Shown here: piece by piece, positions 8,302 through 18,922 of the stretch
Layout: every line of letters begins with the position of its first letter
Position numbering within the stretch: the stretch's first letter is position 1
Virus record (IMG/VR): IMGVR_UViG_3300021426_000005
Source: a virus
Lineage: Duplodnaviria > Caudoviricetes
Reading direction: 5' to 3' (one strand)
Length of the DNA stretch: 64,000 bases
The notes under the pieces: model-generated
What the model was told of the DNA's origin: nothing
Databases searched by the model: none
The model's input: the letters and a program-made list of their open reading frames with translations, nothing else
Made by a program: the position numbers and the translations under genes

Positions 8302-11016
8302 TCACACTCCGGTTATTCGTTTTCCATTCTGGAATTCTATATAGTCAGCACCAACGGTCTTAATATTACTCCGTAGAGTAGTTAGCTTATCCCCTAGGAT
8401 ATCAAGACTCCTATTCTGATACAGTGCAGTTATAATATCTTCCCAAGTCAATCCAGTATCTGGTACAATTATATCGCCTGCCGATCCCTCAAGGATATAT
8501 GGTACTCCGTCTTTATCCAGCATTGAAAGCGCTACGCTTTGCAATCTTCCGGTTTGCACTAATGCACCTACTGGATATGGATCTGTTGATTGATATTCAG
8601 CCGGAATTGCGATTAGCTGTACCTTACCTACTGATGAAGCTGAATTGAAGAGGTTGAGTATAGGTCCAGCTTCAACTTCTGCGGTTGATTGCCCCGAACT
8701 ATCAAGCGGAACAGCCTTACTAATAGTCTGTGGTTGTTTAATATTCCTAGAACTCCATGTACCATCAGGAGATAGTGGTTGTTTTGTTCCAACATCAGTA
8801 TATACTGCAATTTTAAGGAACTGGTTAAGTGGTAGATTCCAATAATCTTCATGGATACCAAAGACATTGAGTACATCTGCGGTATATAAACTAGATAATG
8901 TTGCGACATTATAGTGACCGCTTACTGGTAACAAGGCATTTGCATTTGTAATTTGTCCTGTAGCACTAGCAGGTAATGTAGAACTATATGTTGGTGTAAT
9001 TCTGTTGATAAAAGCCCAACCGTTTTTATAACCTGAGCCTGTGTTTAGATTCCAATATGACCCTAGAAGTTTTGTACTTCTTACAGCCGTATCAGAGTTC
9101 TCAAATCCCACAAGATTGATTGGATTTCCGTTAGCTATGATGTTAAATTCCATCGGAGTAGTGATGTCTAGCACATGATCAGATTGGTGAACAGGCCATA
9201 CCCAGTTATTAGAATGCTCAGTTCCCATAATAACACCGTAGTAATCTGATTTACTTCCGGCTGTAATTTGATCCCACAAGTTCTTAGTAGCGGACTGCCA
9301 GTACCCACCCGTGCTAAAAGCTGGGGTAAGTTCCTCGTTGGAATCATATACGGTATATCCACATTTCTGCTGTATGATGTTTGAAAGTCGTCCAGTAATT
9401 CTACGACCAATATATGAAAGTACCTGGCAGTATGGGTTACGATCTGCTTGTATGGTAGCCGCTGAAATATATCCTGTATTATCTATATCGGCTTGAGCTG
9501 CGGCAGGTAGTGCGGACTTAATAACTGAGTATTCGTCCTTGAGTTTCATCTTCCAGTCAGTTTCTGTCCATATATCATATCCAGCTGGTAACGGATCACC
9601 ACTATTCAATATCGGAGCATCAAAGTAATTAGACCGAATAGAACCTTCAACTGCTAAATATGGTCCTACGACATTTGCTGTCGTTTCAATGCCATTGTAG
9701 TGGATTTCCCGTGCTACAAGCATACCAAACAAATCAGTTTTATCTACCTTAGCAACTGGAATAGCCGCATCGGTAAAAGTATCATGTTGATATAATACAT
9801 AGGTCGCTGGATATTCGGGCTGATTGTCAATATCTCCGATATCACGCAATATTCCGACTGTTCCTAAAGCATTTTCTTCCAGCTCAGTCACTATGCTCAT
9901 GGATGTGGAGACATCAGCCACATCATACAGTCTATCGAAGATTTTGGTTGTACCAGGTGCTACAGTGTCAATCGGGGCAGCAGACCACAGTCCGGCGTGA
10001 CCATTCCATAGCAAGGATCCATATAGTGCAGGTGGTAAATTTTCTGATGGCTGATATGTCATCAATACTGCGGAAAATTCATCTATGCCGGTTATAGAGA
10101 TAACTTCGATATTCTTAGTAGCATCCATATATTCAGTGTGATTGAAATAATACTGCTCAGGATTACAAGAGGTCATATCTACAATAGCACCCATGTCATT
10201 CTTCTTTGCAGTTGTACCCTTTGGGAACTCACGAACATACTCGGATTTAGTAGCGACAAACTTATTGACAAATGCACTTGGTACAGAGAAGGATATCTTG
10301 GCAGCCCAAGGAAATGCAGCTGGACCTAAGAAGTCACCATTGGCAGGATCAGAAGTGTTCACAGCAGAATTTGTTTTTACCATACCACCGATTATACCTT
10401 TATCAGTAAAGCCAGTCAGTAGAATAAAAAACGGAGTATCTACCACACCATCGATCATCAGTCTGATTTTTGGGACCTGAGCTAATGTAGGACTGAAATC
10501 CTCATAAGGGTTTAATGACGGAGAATTTACTGTCCATGTACCAGGCTGAATAACTAAGCCGTCCACTACCTTCATGTAGTTTTTCATTGCATTGAGTGTG
10601 TCATCAGAAAAATCTTCTAAATCCACATTGGCCGGAGGTACAAGATTACCAGTAGGGTGTGATTCCTCAGTATTAGATATGAGTGGACCGTAGTCTACTA
10701 CCTTAGAAGGCCAATGTGCTGAAACATCTGTAAGATAAGCATTTCCGATGAAAAACGACGCCAGTATATTATTAGCTGCAACCAATCGACAGCCTTCCGG
10801 CAAATCATATTCCACATAATGAAGAGAATCCGTGGTATCTGCCGATACATATAGTAACATAGACCCACCCAAAGCAAGCATTGATGTTAGCCATTCCTTC
10901 TCGCTTGCTGGGGTTGCTGTTGGATCATCCGCCATAAGCTGACGGATATACACTTCATATGCAGAGTATCCTACTACTCTACCTTCATTCCATAAGGTTC
11001 TTGACATAATAATCAC
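8302..11016 (-). CDS. large putative virion structural protein (tail/baseplate region)
   Basis: 904 aa, S/T/G/P/N-rich, downstream of fibre genes; GRVVGYSAYEVY resembles the GxSAYE motif of phage tail proteins. Confidence 0.5.
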   Translation of the reverse strand: MIIMSRTLWNEGRVVGYSAYEVYIRQLMADDPTATPASEKEWLTSMLALGGSMLLYVSADTTDSLHYVEYDLPEGCRLVAANNILASFFIGNAYLTDVSAHWPSKVVDYGPLISNTEESHPTGNLVPPANVDLEDFSDDTLNAMKNYMKVVDGLVIQPGTWTVNSPSLNPYEDFSPTLAQVPKIRLMIDGVVDTPFFILLTGFTDKGIIGGMVKTNSAVNTSDPANGDFLGPAAFPWAAKISFSVPSAFVNKFVATKSEYVREFPKGTTAKKNDMGAIVDMTSCNPEQYYFNHTEYMDATKNIEVISITGIDEFSAVLMTYQPSENLPPALYGSLLWNGHAGLWSAAPIDTVAPGTTKIFDRLYDVADVSTSMSIVTELEENALGTVGILRDIGDIDNQPEYPATYVLYQHDTFTDAAIPVAKVDKTDLFGMLVAREIHYNGIETTANVVGPYLAVEGSIRSNYFDAPILNSGDPLPAGYDIWTETDWKMKLKDEYSVIKSALPAAAQADIDNTGYISAATIQADRNPYCQVLSYIGRRITGRLSNIIQQKCGYTVYDSNEELTPAFSTGGYWQSATKNLWDQITAGSKSDYYGVIMGTEHSNNWVWPVHQSDHVLDITTPMEFNIIANGNPINLVGFENSDTAVRSTKLLGSYWNLNTGSGYKNGWAFINRITPTYSSTLPASATGQITNANALLPVSGHYNVATLSSLYTADVLNVFGIHEDYWNLPLNQFLKIAVYTDVGTKQPLSPDGTWSSRNIKQPQTISKAVPLDSSGQSTAEVEAGPILNLFNSASSVGKVQLIAIPAEYQSTDPYPVGALVQTGRLQSVALSMLDKDGVPYILEGSAGDIIVPDTGLTWEDIITALYQNRSLDILGDKLTTLRSNIKTVGADYIEFQNGKRITGV

Positions 11017-11282
11017 TCCGATACTGTATGTTTAACTCTATCATGCACTTCGGCTTTCTTACCGTCACAAAATCTATCTAAGGATCCAACCAAATATCCG
11101 GTTATCCGCCTTATCCTATCAAATGGGGGATTTAGAAATTCGCATCTGAGATTGACGTATTCACCGTCAACTTCAATATCAAGCTGAGATATTATACGCT
11201 CATGGTACTTCTCCATTGCATATTTTATATACTCCTGCTTTTCTGCTTCGGATATAGCGCTTCCAATTACATTAACTTTCAT
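11013..11282 (-). CDS. stand-alone NrdD-type glycyl-radical domain protein
   Basis: FDRIRRITGYLVGSLDRFCDGKKAEVHDRVKH = C-terminal signature of class III RNR NrdD. Confidence 0.75.
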   Translation of the reverse strand: MKVNVIGSAISEAEKQEYIKYAMEKYHERIISQLDIEVDGEYVNLRCEFLNPPFDRIRRITGYLVGSLDRFCDGKKAEVHDRVKHTVSE

Positions 11283-11337
11283 TGCTTTAACCTCATTTCA
11301 ATTCATGTCTCTATATCAATCTACTAGACATACTATC

Positions 11338-12774
11338 TTATGTCAACTCAGTAGTTGAAACTTCTCGCCAGGCTCTCCAAAGAGGGGTTGTTGACATATT
11401 TACACCTAGTCTGAATACCAATCTTGTCGGATCTGCCGCCAACATATGAGAAAAACAGAGTTGCACAGCATAGGCTGTAAAGCGAATATTTATAACTATT
11501 CCATATGATCCCGGTATAGGATTACCTACTGCACTACCTGTAAATCTATAGTATTTAGTTTCTACAAGTGTATCAAAAGTAAGTTCAGAATTTTCGTTTA
11601 GTGTATACTCCCCTCGTCGCAACACAAAAGGAATAATATCTTCTATTAATGGAAGCATCTCTTCTGTCAACTTCGCATTAGTTTGTGCATAAGGAACATA
11701 AGTATCATCAACTATAACAGCATCACGAAGCATCGGATAAAAGGTAAGATGGTCAACAGTCGTCCCTGTAGATACCCTGATATAAATAAGATTGCTCGCA
11801 GTCGTTGTAAATGTCACACCAGCACCAACATCAGCAGCATCTTTTTGATAAGCAATTACTTCATATGTGCTAGTACCTCCGCCTGCTGGACAACCACTAA
11901 GAATAACGGATTTACCAGCTGGAATCTCAGATAGTGCATCACCATTAATATCGAAATCCGCATTAGCTGTAGCTGTTCCAGTGGCTGTGACGCTACCATC
12001 ATCATTTACAGTAAAAGTAATACCATTAACTGTAGATGAAGTGGCAGTATTGCGCAATAGATTCTTCGCTCCAGCATTAGCTATAGCGTTGATACATCTT
12101 TGTTCTTCTCTACCAAAGGCAATTATGCGATATTGAGTTCCGTCATACACAAAAGTTACGGTATCGCCTGCGTTAATTATATTATCTGTGACTGCTGTAT
12201 CAGCATAATAAATGGCTTTAGCACCTTTAGAGTTGATATTTAATGTCGAATTGGCAGGTACGGCATTTTCAAAATGTATTGATACTATTCCGTTTTTAAC
12301 CAATACATAGTCTGCTAGAGTTGCTGTTTTAGCGGTAGTAGATTCTGCGGTAGTGCAACTTCCGTAACCGAAACCTAGCTTCTGTGGAGTGTATGTGGTA
12401 TCAGAATCATATCCGTAAACATAGTCCCAACACCCACCGCTTATCCTAGTTTCATTATAGATAAGCAATGCAGTATACGCTTTGTTGAACTGCGTTGTAA
12501 GTCTAGCTGATGCAGCGTTACTTCTATATACTGGCTTCTCCCCCAAATTATTTATATTAACTGTGAAGTTAGTTGCAGAAGTAACAACGCCATTTGTCAG
12601 CCAGACACAAACTCCGTCATGTAAATCGATAATACCCGGTACACTCGCTGTAAATTTAGTCGAAGTAGACGTAGCATCACATGAACCAGCTGGAATAGTC
12701 CCAGCTATATCATATGAGGAATTATCTGGTGTCTTTATCTTAGCAACAAATGCCATAATATCTCCTTTAATCAA
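11338..12774 (-). CDS. tail fibre / receptor-binding-like protein
   Basis: Repeated GxCxTxxxTTAKT...LNINxxGAKxIYY...FVYDGTQY modules and GAKNLL...NGITFTVNDDGSVT module typical of Clostridial phage fibres. Confidence 0.65.
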   Translation of the reverse strand: MIKGDIMAFVAKIKTPDNSSYDIAGTIPAGSCDATSTSTKFTASVPGIIDLHDGVCVWLTNGVVTSATNFTVNINNLGEKPVYRSNAASARLTTQFNKAYTALLIYNETRISGGCWDYVYGYDSDTTYTPQKLGFGYGSCTTAESTTAKTATLADYVLVKNGIVSIHFENAVPANSTLNINSKGAKAIYYADTAVTDNIINAGDTVTFVYDGTQYRIIAFGREEQRCINAIANAGAKNLLRNTATSSTVNGITFTVNDDGSVTATGTATANADFDINGDALSEIPAGKSVILSGCPAGGGTSTYEVIAYQKDAADVGAGVTFTTTASNLIYIRVSTGTTVDHLTFYPMLRDAVIVDDTYVPYAQTNAKLTEEMLPLIEDIIPFVLRRGEYTLNENSELTFDTLVETKYYRFTGSAVGNPIPGSYGIVINIRFTAYAVQLCFSHMLAADPTRLVFRLGVNMSTTPLWRAWREVSTTELT

Positions 12775-14123
12775 GAGCCGGTATTTGGCTCTACAGTGTA
12801 AGTTTCCTCAGTACCAGTAAAGGTTTGAGCTGCCGCCGTACCAGTACCAATTTTAGTGACAGCAGTAACCTTATCATTTGTACCAACGGTTATTGTCTGA
12901 GCTGCCGCCGTAGCTGTTCCAAGTGCAGTAATAGCCTTAGCAGTGGTGTCTGAGCTGAATGTAACTGCATTTGTACCACTTGTACCGATAGACTTTACAT
13001 ACTCAACTGCACCAGTCGATGTAGTATCTGCACTTGACAAAGTTATTGTAGGTTGAGCCGTTACACTCACAGTCTTAGCAAATGTGGCGCTAGACGGAGC
13101 ATTATATCCAGTAACAGCATTTGCACTTGTAGGTGTTCCAAGTCCTGTAAGAACAGTTCCGCCAGAAGCTGAAGCGGACAAAGATCCGGTTGCTACGGTA
13201 GTAGCATTTGCATTCTTAACGGGGACAACGACATCCTCAAATGTATAGGGTGTGATTGAACCAGCTGATGCCGCCGGAGTTATTGATTTTGTCGAAATCG
13301 GCTTAAACGTGAAACTAAGGGTCTCATTAGACACTGTGGCACCCCACATAGGTGTATTGTCGCCTCTTGTAGCCGTTTCAGTACCTAGATTACCATTTGC
13401 AACAGTAGTTGATGTACCGACCTTTGCAACAGAAATAGCTGTTCCAGCACTTGCTTTTGATGCAGTCGTAGTGGTAGAACCTACACCAATCACAGTTGTA
13501 GTTGCCAACTTGGAAGTCGCCCCTGGATATGATTTTACAAATGTATCTACATCTGCATCTCCGAGATCTGTAATAGCTGACCCAGATGTAGCCACACCAA
13601 CCGCTGTACCGGTAGCACTACCTTTAAGATACTTTGTTGTACCTACAGTTTTAGGTACAGTACCGGTTGTTGCATCTGTAAGCACTGTCGCAGTAGTGTG
13701 ATTTCCAAATGTTACAGAAGATGCCTGATTAGTAAATGTAGTAGCTTCACCGAGAACTTTATCGGTAGCCCCTCCGGAAAATGATACCGCAGATGCACTA
13801 TTAGTTCCCTTTGGCTGTATTGTTACAGTACCAGTGTCTACCTTACCCATTTCGCCGATACCGCTCATGTCGCCAAACTTATGCCATATAGTACCGTCAA
13901 AGACAAATTCTCCGTCCCCATAAAATACCGCATCATTAGCAACTGCCGTGTAAGCTACATCATTGATTTGAATGGGGTTTGTTGTAGACCCATCTTCTAG
14001 AGGTGTAGTTGTGGTACCTTTGATCTTTATAGCACCACCAATCGCAGCCCTTGCTACGGCATCTTTAATATCATATGTATTACCAGAAGGTAATGTAATT
14101 TTTGATATATCAGCCATACTCAT
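12771..14123 (-). CDS. T/A/G/S-rich fibre-like virion protein
   Basis: N-terminal ISKITLPSGNTYDIKDAVAR followed by low-complexity T/A/G/S beta-type repeats. Confidence 0.6.
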   Translation of the reverse strand: MSMADISKITLPSGNTYDIKDAVARAAIGGAIKIKGTTTTPLEDGSTTNPIQINDVAYTAVANDAVFYGDGEFVFDGTIWHKFGDMSGIGEMGKVDTGTVTIQPKGTNSASAVSFSGGATDKVLGEATTFTNQASSVTFGNHTTATVLTDATTGTVPKTVGTTKYLKGSATGTAVGVATSGSAITDLGDADVDTFVKSYPGATSKLATTTVIGVGSTTTTASKASAGTAISVAKVGTSTTVANGNLGTETATRGDNTPMWGATVSNETLSFTFKPISTKSITPAASAGSITPYTFEDVVVPVKNANATTVATGSLSASASGGTVLTGLGTPTSANAVTGYNAPSSATFAKTVSVTAQPTITLSSADTTSTGAVEYVKSIGTSGTNAVTFSSDTTAKAITALGTATAAAQTITVGTNDKVTAVTKIGTGTAAAQTFTGTEETYTVEPNTGS

Positions 14124-14128
14124 TCTCC

Positions 14129-14467
14129 TTAGTAAAAAATCAGATTCTCAAAATCCAAAGTATCTAGTTTAACCGAAACCTTACTATTCCAATTGTCTAT
14201 GTCAGCTTCCGTTATATTTCCAGTTACGACAAATGGGAGATCTATGAGGTATGCGTTACCGTCACCGATTTTGATCGCTGCAAAATCAGTATTGTCCCTA
14301 TGTCCGTAATCTGAGTATACATATATTACGTTCTTTTCTGATATTAAACCCGGTTGTGCATTCCAGCCAGCTGTGGTATTAGTTTTTATCGCATCAGTCC
14401 CTCCGCCACCACCGCCGCCGTGTTTACAGAATTCCCGAAGAAATAGGGCATCGACCATATTTTGCAT
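14129..14467 (-). CDS. small virion-associated protein
   Basis: TTAGWNAQP...IKIGDGNAYLIDLPF motif seen in fibre N-terminal domains; poly-G linker. Confidence 0.55.
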   Translation of the reverse strand: MQNMVDALFLREFCKHGGGGGGGTDAIKTNTTAGWNAQPGLISEKNVIYVYSDYGHRDNTDFAAIKIGDGNAYLIDLPFVVTGNITEADIDNWNSKVSVKLDTLDFENLIFY

Positions 14468-14567
14468 AGCATCACCCCTTTATCATGGTGGTCAATACTG
14501 TCGTAACTATCAAATTAATAGACCATATCATGGAGTTTTACTTCCATTGGACAGGTCTCCTTACCTG

Positions 14568-15305
14568 TTAAATATATGTTACTGTATAGCTGGCACCTTG
14601 AACATTACATCTTGACCCTACATTTTGGCCACCAGAAAGAAGTAGCGTATTATTATTTGTGTCCGCTAAGAGATATATATCGTTGGCTTTTGTACCAGTT
14701 GCTTCCGTATCGCTCCATGATCCGCTAACAGCTTTTGCACCAAAACGGAAAGAGGCTAAATTTACCATTCCCGTACCTACTCCAGGTCCATCTATAGAAA
14801 GAATAACTGTAGGTGTTTCCGGAAAAGTGATTGTTGTTGTTGCCAAGCCGTCACCTGTATAAGTTAATGTTTTTATACCTGTACCTGTATTATTAGAAGT
14901 TCCTGCACCAAGTTTGATACCAACAATCTGCCAAAGTACAGGGGTATATCCAGAATTCTCATTTGGAGATCCGGAAGTAGTTACAGTAAATTTATCGCCA
15001 TTGAAGGAAACGTGGAGATTTCTCATGAAATAAAAACACTCTACCGCTGTATCTTCACCTTCTTCTGTCAGTGATGGAAGAAAAGAATATTGAGTGTAGC
15101 TATTTGTACTGCTTATATCATTACGATTACCAAGTTTCAGATAAATAATATCATAACTGTTAATGTTACTGGTCAATTGGTATTGAGTTCCCACGGCTGC
15201 ACCATTGCTATCGCTCCACAGCGTGTCGATAGTTGCACTGCCACCACCGCTACCTGAGCCGGATGCTAGATTTTTTCCTATAAGAACATTAAACATATCA
15301 CCCAT
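14568..15305 (-). CDS. putative virion/tail-associated protein
   Basis: G/S/T-rich, TLWS...LTSNINSYDIIYL motif; operon context. Confidence 0.5.
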   Translation of the reverse strand: MGDMFNVLIGKNLASGSGSGGGSATIDTLWSDSNGAAVGTQYQLTSNINSYDIIYLKLGNRNDISSTNSYTQYSFLPSLTEEGEDTAVECFYFMRNLHVSFNGDKFTVTTSGSPNENSGYTPVLWQIVGIKLGAGTSNNTGTGIKTLTYTGDGLATTTITFPETPTVILSIDGPGVGTGMVNLASFRFGAKAVSGSWSDTEATGTKANDIYLLADTNNNTLLLSGGQNVGSRCNVQGASYTVTYI

Positions 15306-15309
15306 AATA

Positions 15310-15537
15310 TCAATCTCCCTGCTTGATCCAGTTTCCAGAAGAGTCCATCATGTAGAATTCATGTGTAGTAACTACCCATGCTATAGAGCCTTGAGCTATC
15401 TTGTATCTACCCTTGTCTGAACTAAAGTAATATACATCATTTGGAAGATCTGATACTTGATCTACAAACAGCTCATAATGACATACAGAAGTCTGACCTT
15501 CCCACGTTAGATGTTTAATATTGTATACAGTAATCAT
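15310..15537 (-). CDS. small virion-operon protein
   Basis: DLP...IAQGSIAWV...YMMDSSGNWIK motif common in phage tail regions. Confidence 0.5.
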   Translation of the reverse strand: MITVYNIKHLTWEGQTSVCHYELFVDQVSDLPNDVYYFSSDKGRYKIAQGSIAWVVTTHEFYMMDSSGNWIKQGD

Positions 15538-15543
15538 AACTGA

Positions 15544-15783
15544 TCACGCTCCGTTCTTTTCTATTAGATATGTGTCTTCTAAGTCAGTATATTGTAGCGG
15601 TTTGATTTCCTGTGTAAGCTGGTTGACCAAATACCAGCCACAGACCGTGCGATTTCCTCCCCAGCCATACCAACCGTATGCTACAGTCCAGACCACATTA
15701 CTAAATCTACCTATGCGAATGCTATCACCTGGACTTAGTGTAATATCGTAATCTGGTACAGATAACGTCATGGTTTCGCTCAA
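15544..15783 (-). CDS. hypothetical protein, first gene of virion operon
   Basis: TTG start at 15783 with GGAGG RBS; follows AACCTTATATA motif. Confidence 0.5.
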   Translation of the reverse strand: MSETMTLSVPDYDITLSPGDSIRIGRFSNVVWTVAYGWYGWGGNRTVCGWYLVNQLTQEIKPLQYTDLEDTYLIEKNGA

Positions 15784-15819
15784 AGCAGACACCTCCCAAA
15801 GATTATATTGAATCATTAT

Positions 15820-15830
15820 TATATAAGGTT
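15820..15830 (-). promoter_or_regulatory. putative late promoter motif AACCTTATATA
   Basis: Exact 11-mer recurs at 40850, 47828, 49750, 51954, 54966, 61067 (variant at 28129), always upstream of minus-strand genes. Confidence 0.7.
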
Positions 15831-15847
15831 ATGTATGGATAAAAATA

Positions 15848-15880
15848 AGCCGTAGGGGTTATACTCTCCTACGGCTTTTT
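15848..15880 (-). terminator. intrinsic terminator
   Basis: aagccgtagg..cctacggctt hairpin with A/T tracts on both sides. Confidence 0.7.
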
Positions 15881-15882
15881 AA

Positions 15883-16697
15883 TTATCTACATACAATGGT
15901 TACAAGGATACCTGCTATGCTCAAAGCTGTTGCAATACCTGTCAAAAAGCTAGATACTCCAACTATACGTTTTGTTTTAATTAGTTCATCAGCCAGTTTC
16001 ATTATCAATATATCTTGATTGCCATTCATTGTAGTCAATATGTCTATCTGTTTTTCCAGAATTGTAACTTGTGACTTGTAAGTGTCATTGTGTAGGTTTG
16101 AACATTGTTCATTCATAATTTCACCACCATTCCAATTCCTCCACCATTATGCTATCGTATGCACTATTATTATAATTGCTATGCTTAGTGTCATTAAAGC
16201 CATCCCGGTGAGGAACTTATGCCAACGGAGCGTTACTCTAAGATCATCTATTTCAGCAGACAATTTGGACACCTGCAAACTTTGCTGAACATAGAAATTC
16301 TGAAGATTATCATTCATTTCATTGATATTGCACTTCAGGTCTTTTATACCATCCAGTGCATCAACTATATGATCTGTATATGGATACATTATGATTTCAC
16401 CACCATTCCGACCCCTTCACCATGTTCAAGCATATACAGCATATTCTTCAGCGCTGATATGCAATCCTGCTTATCCGTCCGTACCAGCATTCCGGAGGAA
16501 TCTTTGGGAATAGCTATTGAATGTATTCCTATGGAATATAGGTAATCAATGATCTCTCTGAGCTGATATGTTGAACTGCCTAGATATAAGCTATCAACAC
16601 AGAACACTATACAATCACCTGATCTTACAATTTTGTAGTCATTGATTGTGTTGAACAACTTCAGTGCCTTACGTTTCTTCCGAATTCTTTTGTTCAT
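15883..16697 (-). CDS. three small hypothetical ORFs (two with C-terminal TM helix)
   Basis: ORFs 15883..16116, 16147..16389 (both end FLTG+hydrophobic helix) and 16389..16697. Confidence 0.5.
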
Positions 16698-17415
16698 CTG
16701 TACCGCCCTCCAAATGTGATAAATCTACACCGACTTCAAGTCTGTACTTTGATTTTCTACCACAGGATTTCTTTTCTGGACAGTAGCCCAGCATTTCACA
16801 CTTTGGATAGAATGTCAGATCTACCAGCGTGTTCCATTCCGTAGAATACTCAGATAGCTTTCGCTTCACATCTGGGAATAAATCATTTTTGTATTCCCAG
16901 AAAGCCCTACTACATTCCCTATTTCTCGACATATCGATCAGATTTCTGACATTACGTTTATCAACTTCTGTAGTTCGCATACCTAAAGGACAAAGCATAG
17001 AGCTGTCTTCACGCTTGATCTTATATACAGACTCAAGATACTCCATTGCTTCGGAAATCTTATTCATAGTAGATTCATATACAGCTTTAGCATCTGGTAT
17101 CTTTTCAATCTCCGGAGGAATAATATACTTGAAGTTAGTATAATCCACATACCTTGTGGATTCCTGTAACCGTGTAGGGGCACCGCCGATATGTGTATAC
17201 CACTCACGAATTACTTTTGCGGAATAGCCTTTAAGGACCATGTGAACATCTACGAATTCCAAAGTTCTGCCGTGTCCGGACTTGATACAATCCAACCCTC
17301 GTTGATAATTTGCTTTCGGATTAGATATATCTGCATGATAGCATATTCCAGCTCTACGTCCTATCAGAGATATAGGATCCTTAACTGTTTCCGGTAAAAT
17401 GATAACTTGTCCCAT
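16669..17415 (-). CDS. thyX: FAD-dependent thymidylate synthase
   Basis: GHGRTLEF, REWYTHIG...QESTRYV, N.R.L..M.R.R.C.RAFWE motifs. Confidence 0.9.
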   Translation of the reverse strand: MGQVIILPETVKDPISLIGRRAGICYHADISNPKANYQRGLDCIKSGHGRTLEFVDVHMVLKGYSAKVIREWYTHIGGAPTRLQESTRYVDYTNFKYIIPPEIEKIPDAKAVYESTMNKISEAMEYLESVYKIKREDSSMLCPLGMRTTEVDKRNVRNLIDMSRNRECSRAFWEYKNDLFPDVKRKLSEYSTEWNTLVDLTFYPKCEMLGYCPEKKSCGRKSKYRLEVGVDLSHLEGGTDEQKNSEET

Positions 17416-17430
17416 TTGAATTCCTCACTT

Positions 17431-18024
17431 TCATATAATACCGTATGCAGTAGTTGGGTATACACTACAACGGAAAAACGGTTGATCTGATTTATCTATA
17501 TCTTCCATTAGAGAAAAGAAAGATTTGAAGTCCTCAATTTTTATGTCACGAACATTCCAGTCTACAGAAGGAAGAGCTTCAAACATCGGTCTGCCACCTT
17601 CGCCGTAATATTCCTTAGTATTTCGGTCATAATCAAAGCGATTTTCTTTGACCAGTACATCGAAATCTATACGACCTTCGTCTATGTATATAGACACTCT
17701 GTGTTCTTCCCAAAAACGGGTAGATTGTATATTCTTTGGAGATACCGCAATAATTCCTTCGTCTCTACCCTTAAACTCTGTAAGATCAACAAGATCCTTA
17801 GCGAATATAGTTTCCCTTTCATCATTCGGAAGTCCTGCACCCGTAGCTTGTAATGCTAATACTGCTTTCTGTCTGTCACTTAATTCTAACGGAAATGTTT
17901 TATAAGCATCTAACACTTTTTGAACTAATTCCAGTGAAGCGACCGTATAAGCACTCCAATGATAATAAGAATTTGCAAGAATCTGCCCTTTGTTGAATAT
18001 CTCAATATTAAGTCTCTGTCCCAT
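17431..18024 (-). CDS. hypothetical phage protein (MGQRL...YYHWSAY)
   Basis: ORF track; coupled to neighbours. Confidence 0.55.
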   Translation of the reverse strand: MGQRLNIEIFNKGQILANSYYHWSAYTVASLELVQKVLDAYKTFPLELSDRQKAVLALQATGAGLPNDERETIFAKDLVDLTEFKGRDEGIIAVSPKNIQSTRFWEEHRVSIYIDEGRIDFDVLVKENRFDYDRNTKEYYGEGGRPMFEALPSVDWNVRDIKIEDFKSFFSLMEDIDKSDQPFFRCSVYPTTAYGII

Positions 18025-18511
18025 TATACATATCCATTCCCTTCAGTGATATTTCCGGAGTATCATAAATATTCCCAATTACTTTTAACGTGTGTCCTAT
18101 GAAGTCGCCTAAGTCTGCGTGTCTACTAAGGATTACATACTTTCTATTAAACGATGACATATCTTCCGGAATGATATAGTTATATACAAAGGCAGCTGAC
18201 TTTGAATCATATCGGCATAAGTAATTGTCAGTAGCCTGGGAAACATCATTGTAAAATCGACTGATTTCTATGATGTCCCCCTCAAAGATCTTATTCTGTC
18301 CAGAATCCATGAAGCCAGTATACTGACCTACTGTTTCTGGATCAACATCTATGCCATCCACACCATCGGTATTTTTCATTGTTGCGAATACACCATCACA
18401 CAGGTTGGTTATAAGCCCATAAACCCAATCACCGTTTTTATAGTTAGTTCTATATTCACGGTTAGGGTACCTGTTTATGGCTTTACCTCTAAATAATATC
18501 TCCCTACTCAT
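18008..18511 (-). CDS. YopX family protein
   Basis: REILFRGK...WVYG...TVGQYTG...IFEGDI...VIGNIYD. Confidence 0.85.
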   Translation of the reverse strand: MSREILFRGKAINRYPNREYRTNYKNGDWVYGLITNLCDGVFATMKNTDGVDGIDVDPETVGQYTGFMDSGQNKIFEGDIIEISRFYNDVSQATDNYLCRYDSKSAAFVYNYIIPEDMSSFNRKYVILSRHADLGDFIGHTLKVIGNIYDTPEISLKGMDMYNGTET

Positions 18512-18514
18512 AAA

Positions 18515-18922
18515 TTATTCTCCTTCCGAGTTTTCATCTCCGATTAGCTCAGGGTTGTCATAGATGTTGCCGATGACTTCAACTTCAACTCCCTCTCTTA
18601 CAAGGAAGCCAATAGATGTAACATCATATTCCGGCGTTTCGTATTCTACACAGAACGCTCCGTCTGAATAGTATACTTCGTTGCCTGAATAGTGTATACC
18701 GTCATAATAGTCCTCAGATATTCTAACAACATCTCCCTCAAATATCTTAGTACCATTTTTATCAGTTAATCCTGTATACTGACACAGTGTATCTTCATAT
18801 ATACACTCATGTCCATTACCAGCATATATCTGAGGAACATCGTACTGTTTTGCATAATGTCCGTATGTCCATTCTTTGGTTGCTTTTGTTTTAGCTCTAA
18901 ATAATATTTCTCGCATACTCAC
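18515..18922 (-). CDS. YopX family protein
   Basis: REILFRAK...QYTGLTDKNGTKIFEGDV...EVIGNIYDNPEL. Confidence 0.9.
   Translation of the reverse strand: MSMREILFRAKTKATKEWTYGHYAKQYDVPQIYAGNGHECIYEDTLCQYTGLTDKNGTKIFEGDVVRISEDYYDGIHYSGNEVYYSDGAFCVEYETPEYDVTSIGFLVREGVEVEVIGNIYDNPELIGDENSEGE

Noticed and set aside
8302-15305. Diversity-generating retroelement or invertible fibre cassette
   Set aside because: No reverse transcriptase, no template/variable repeat pair and no flanking inversion sites seen; the recombinase is ~9 kb away.
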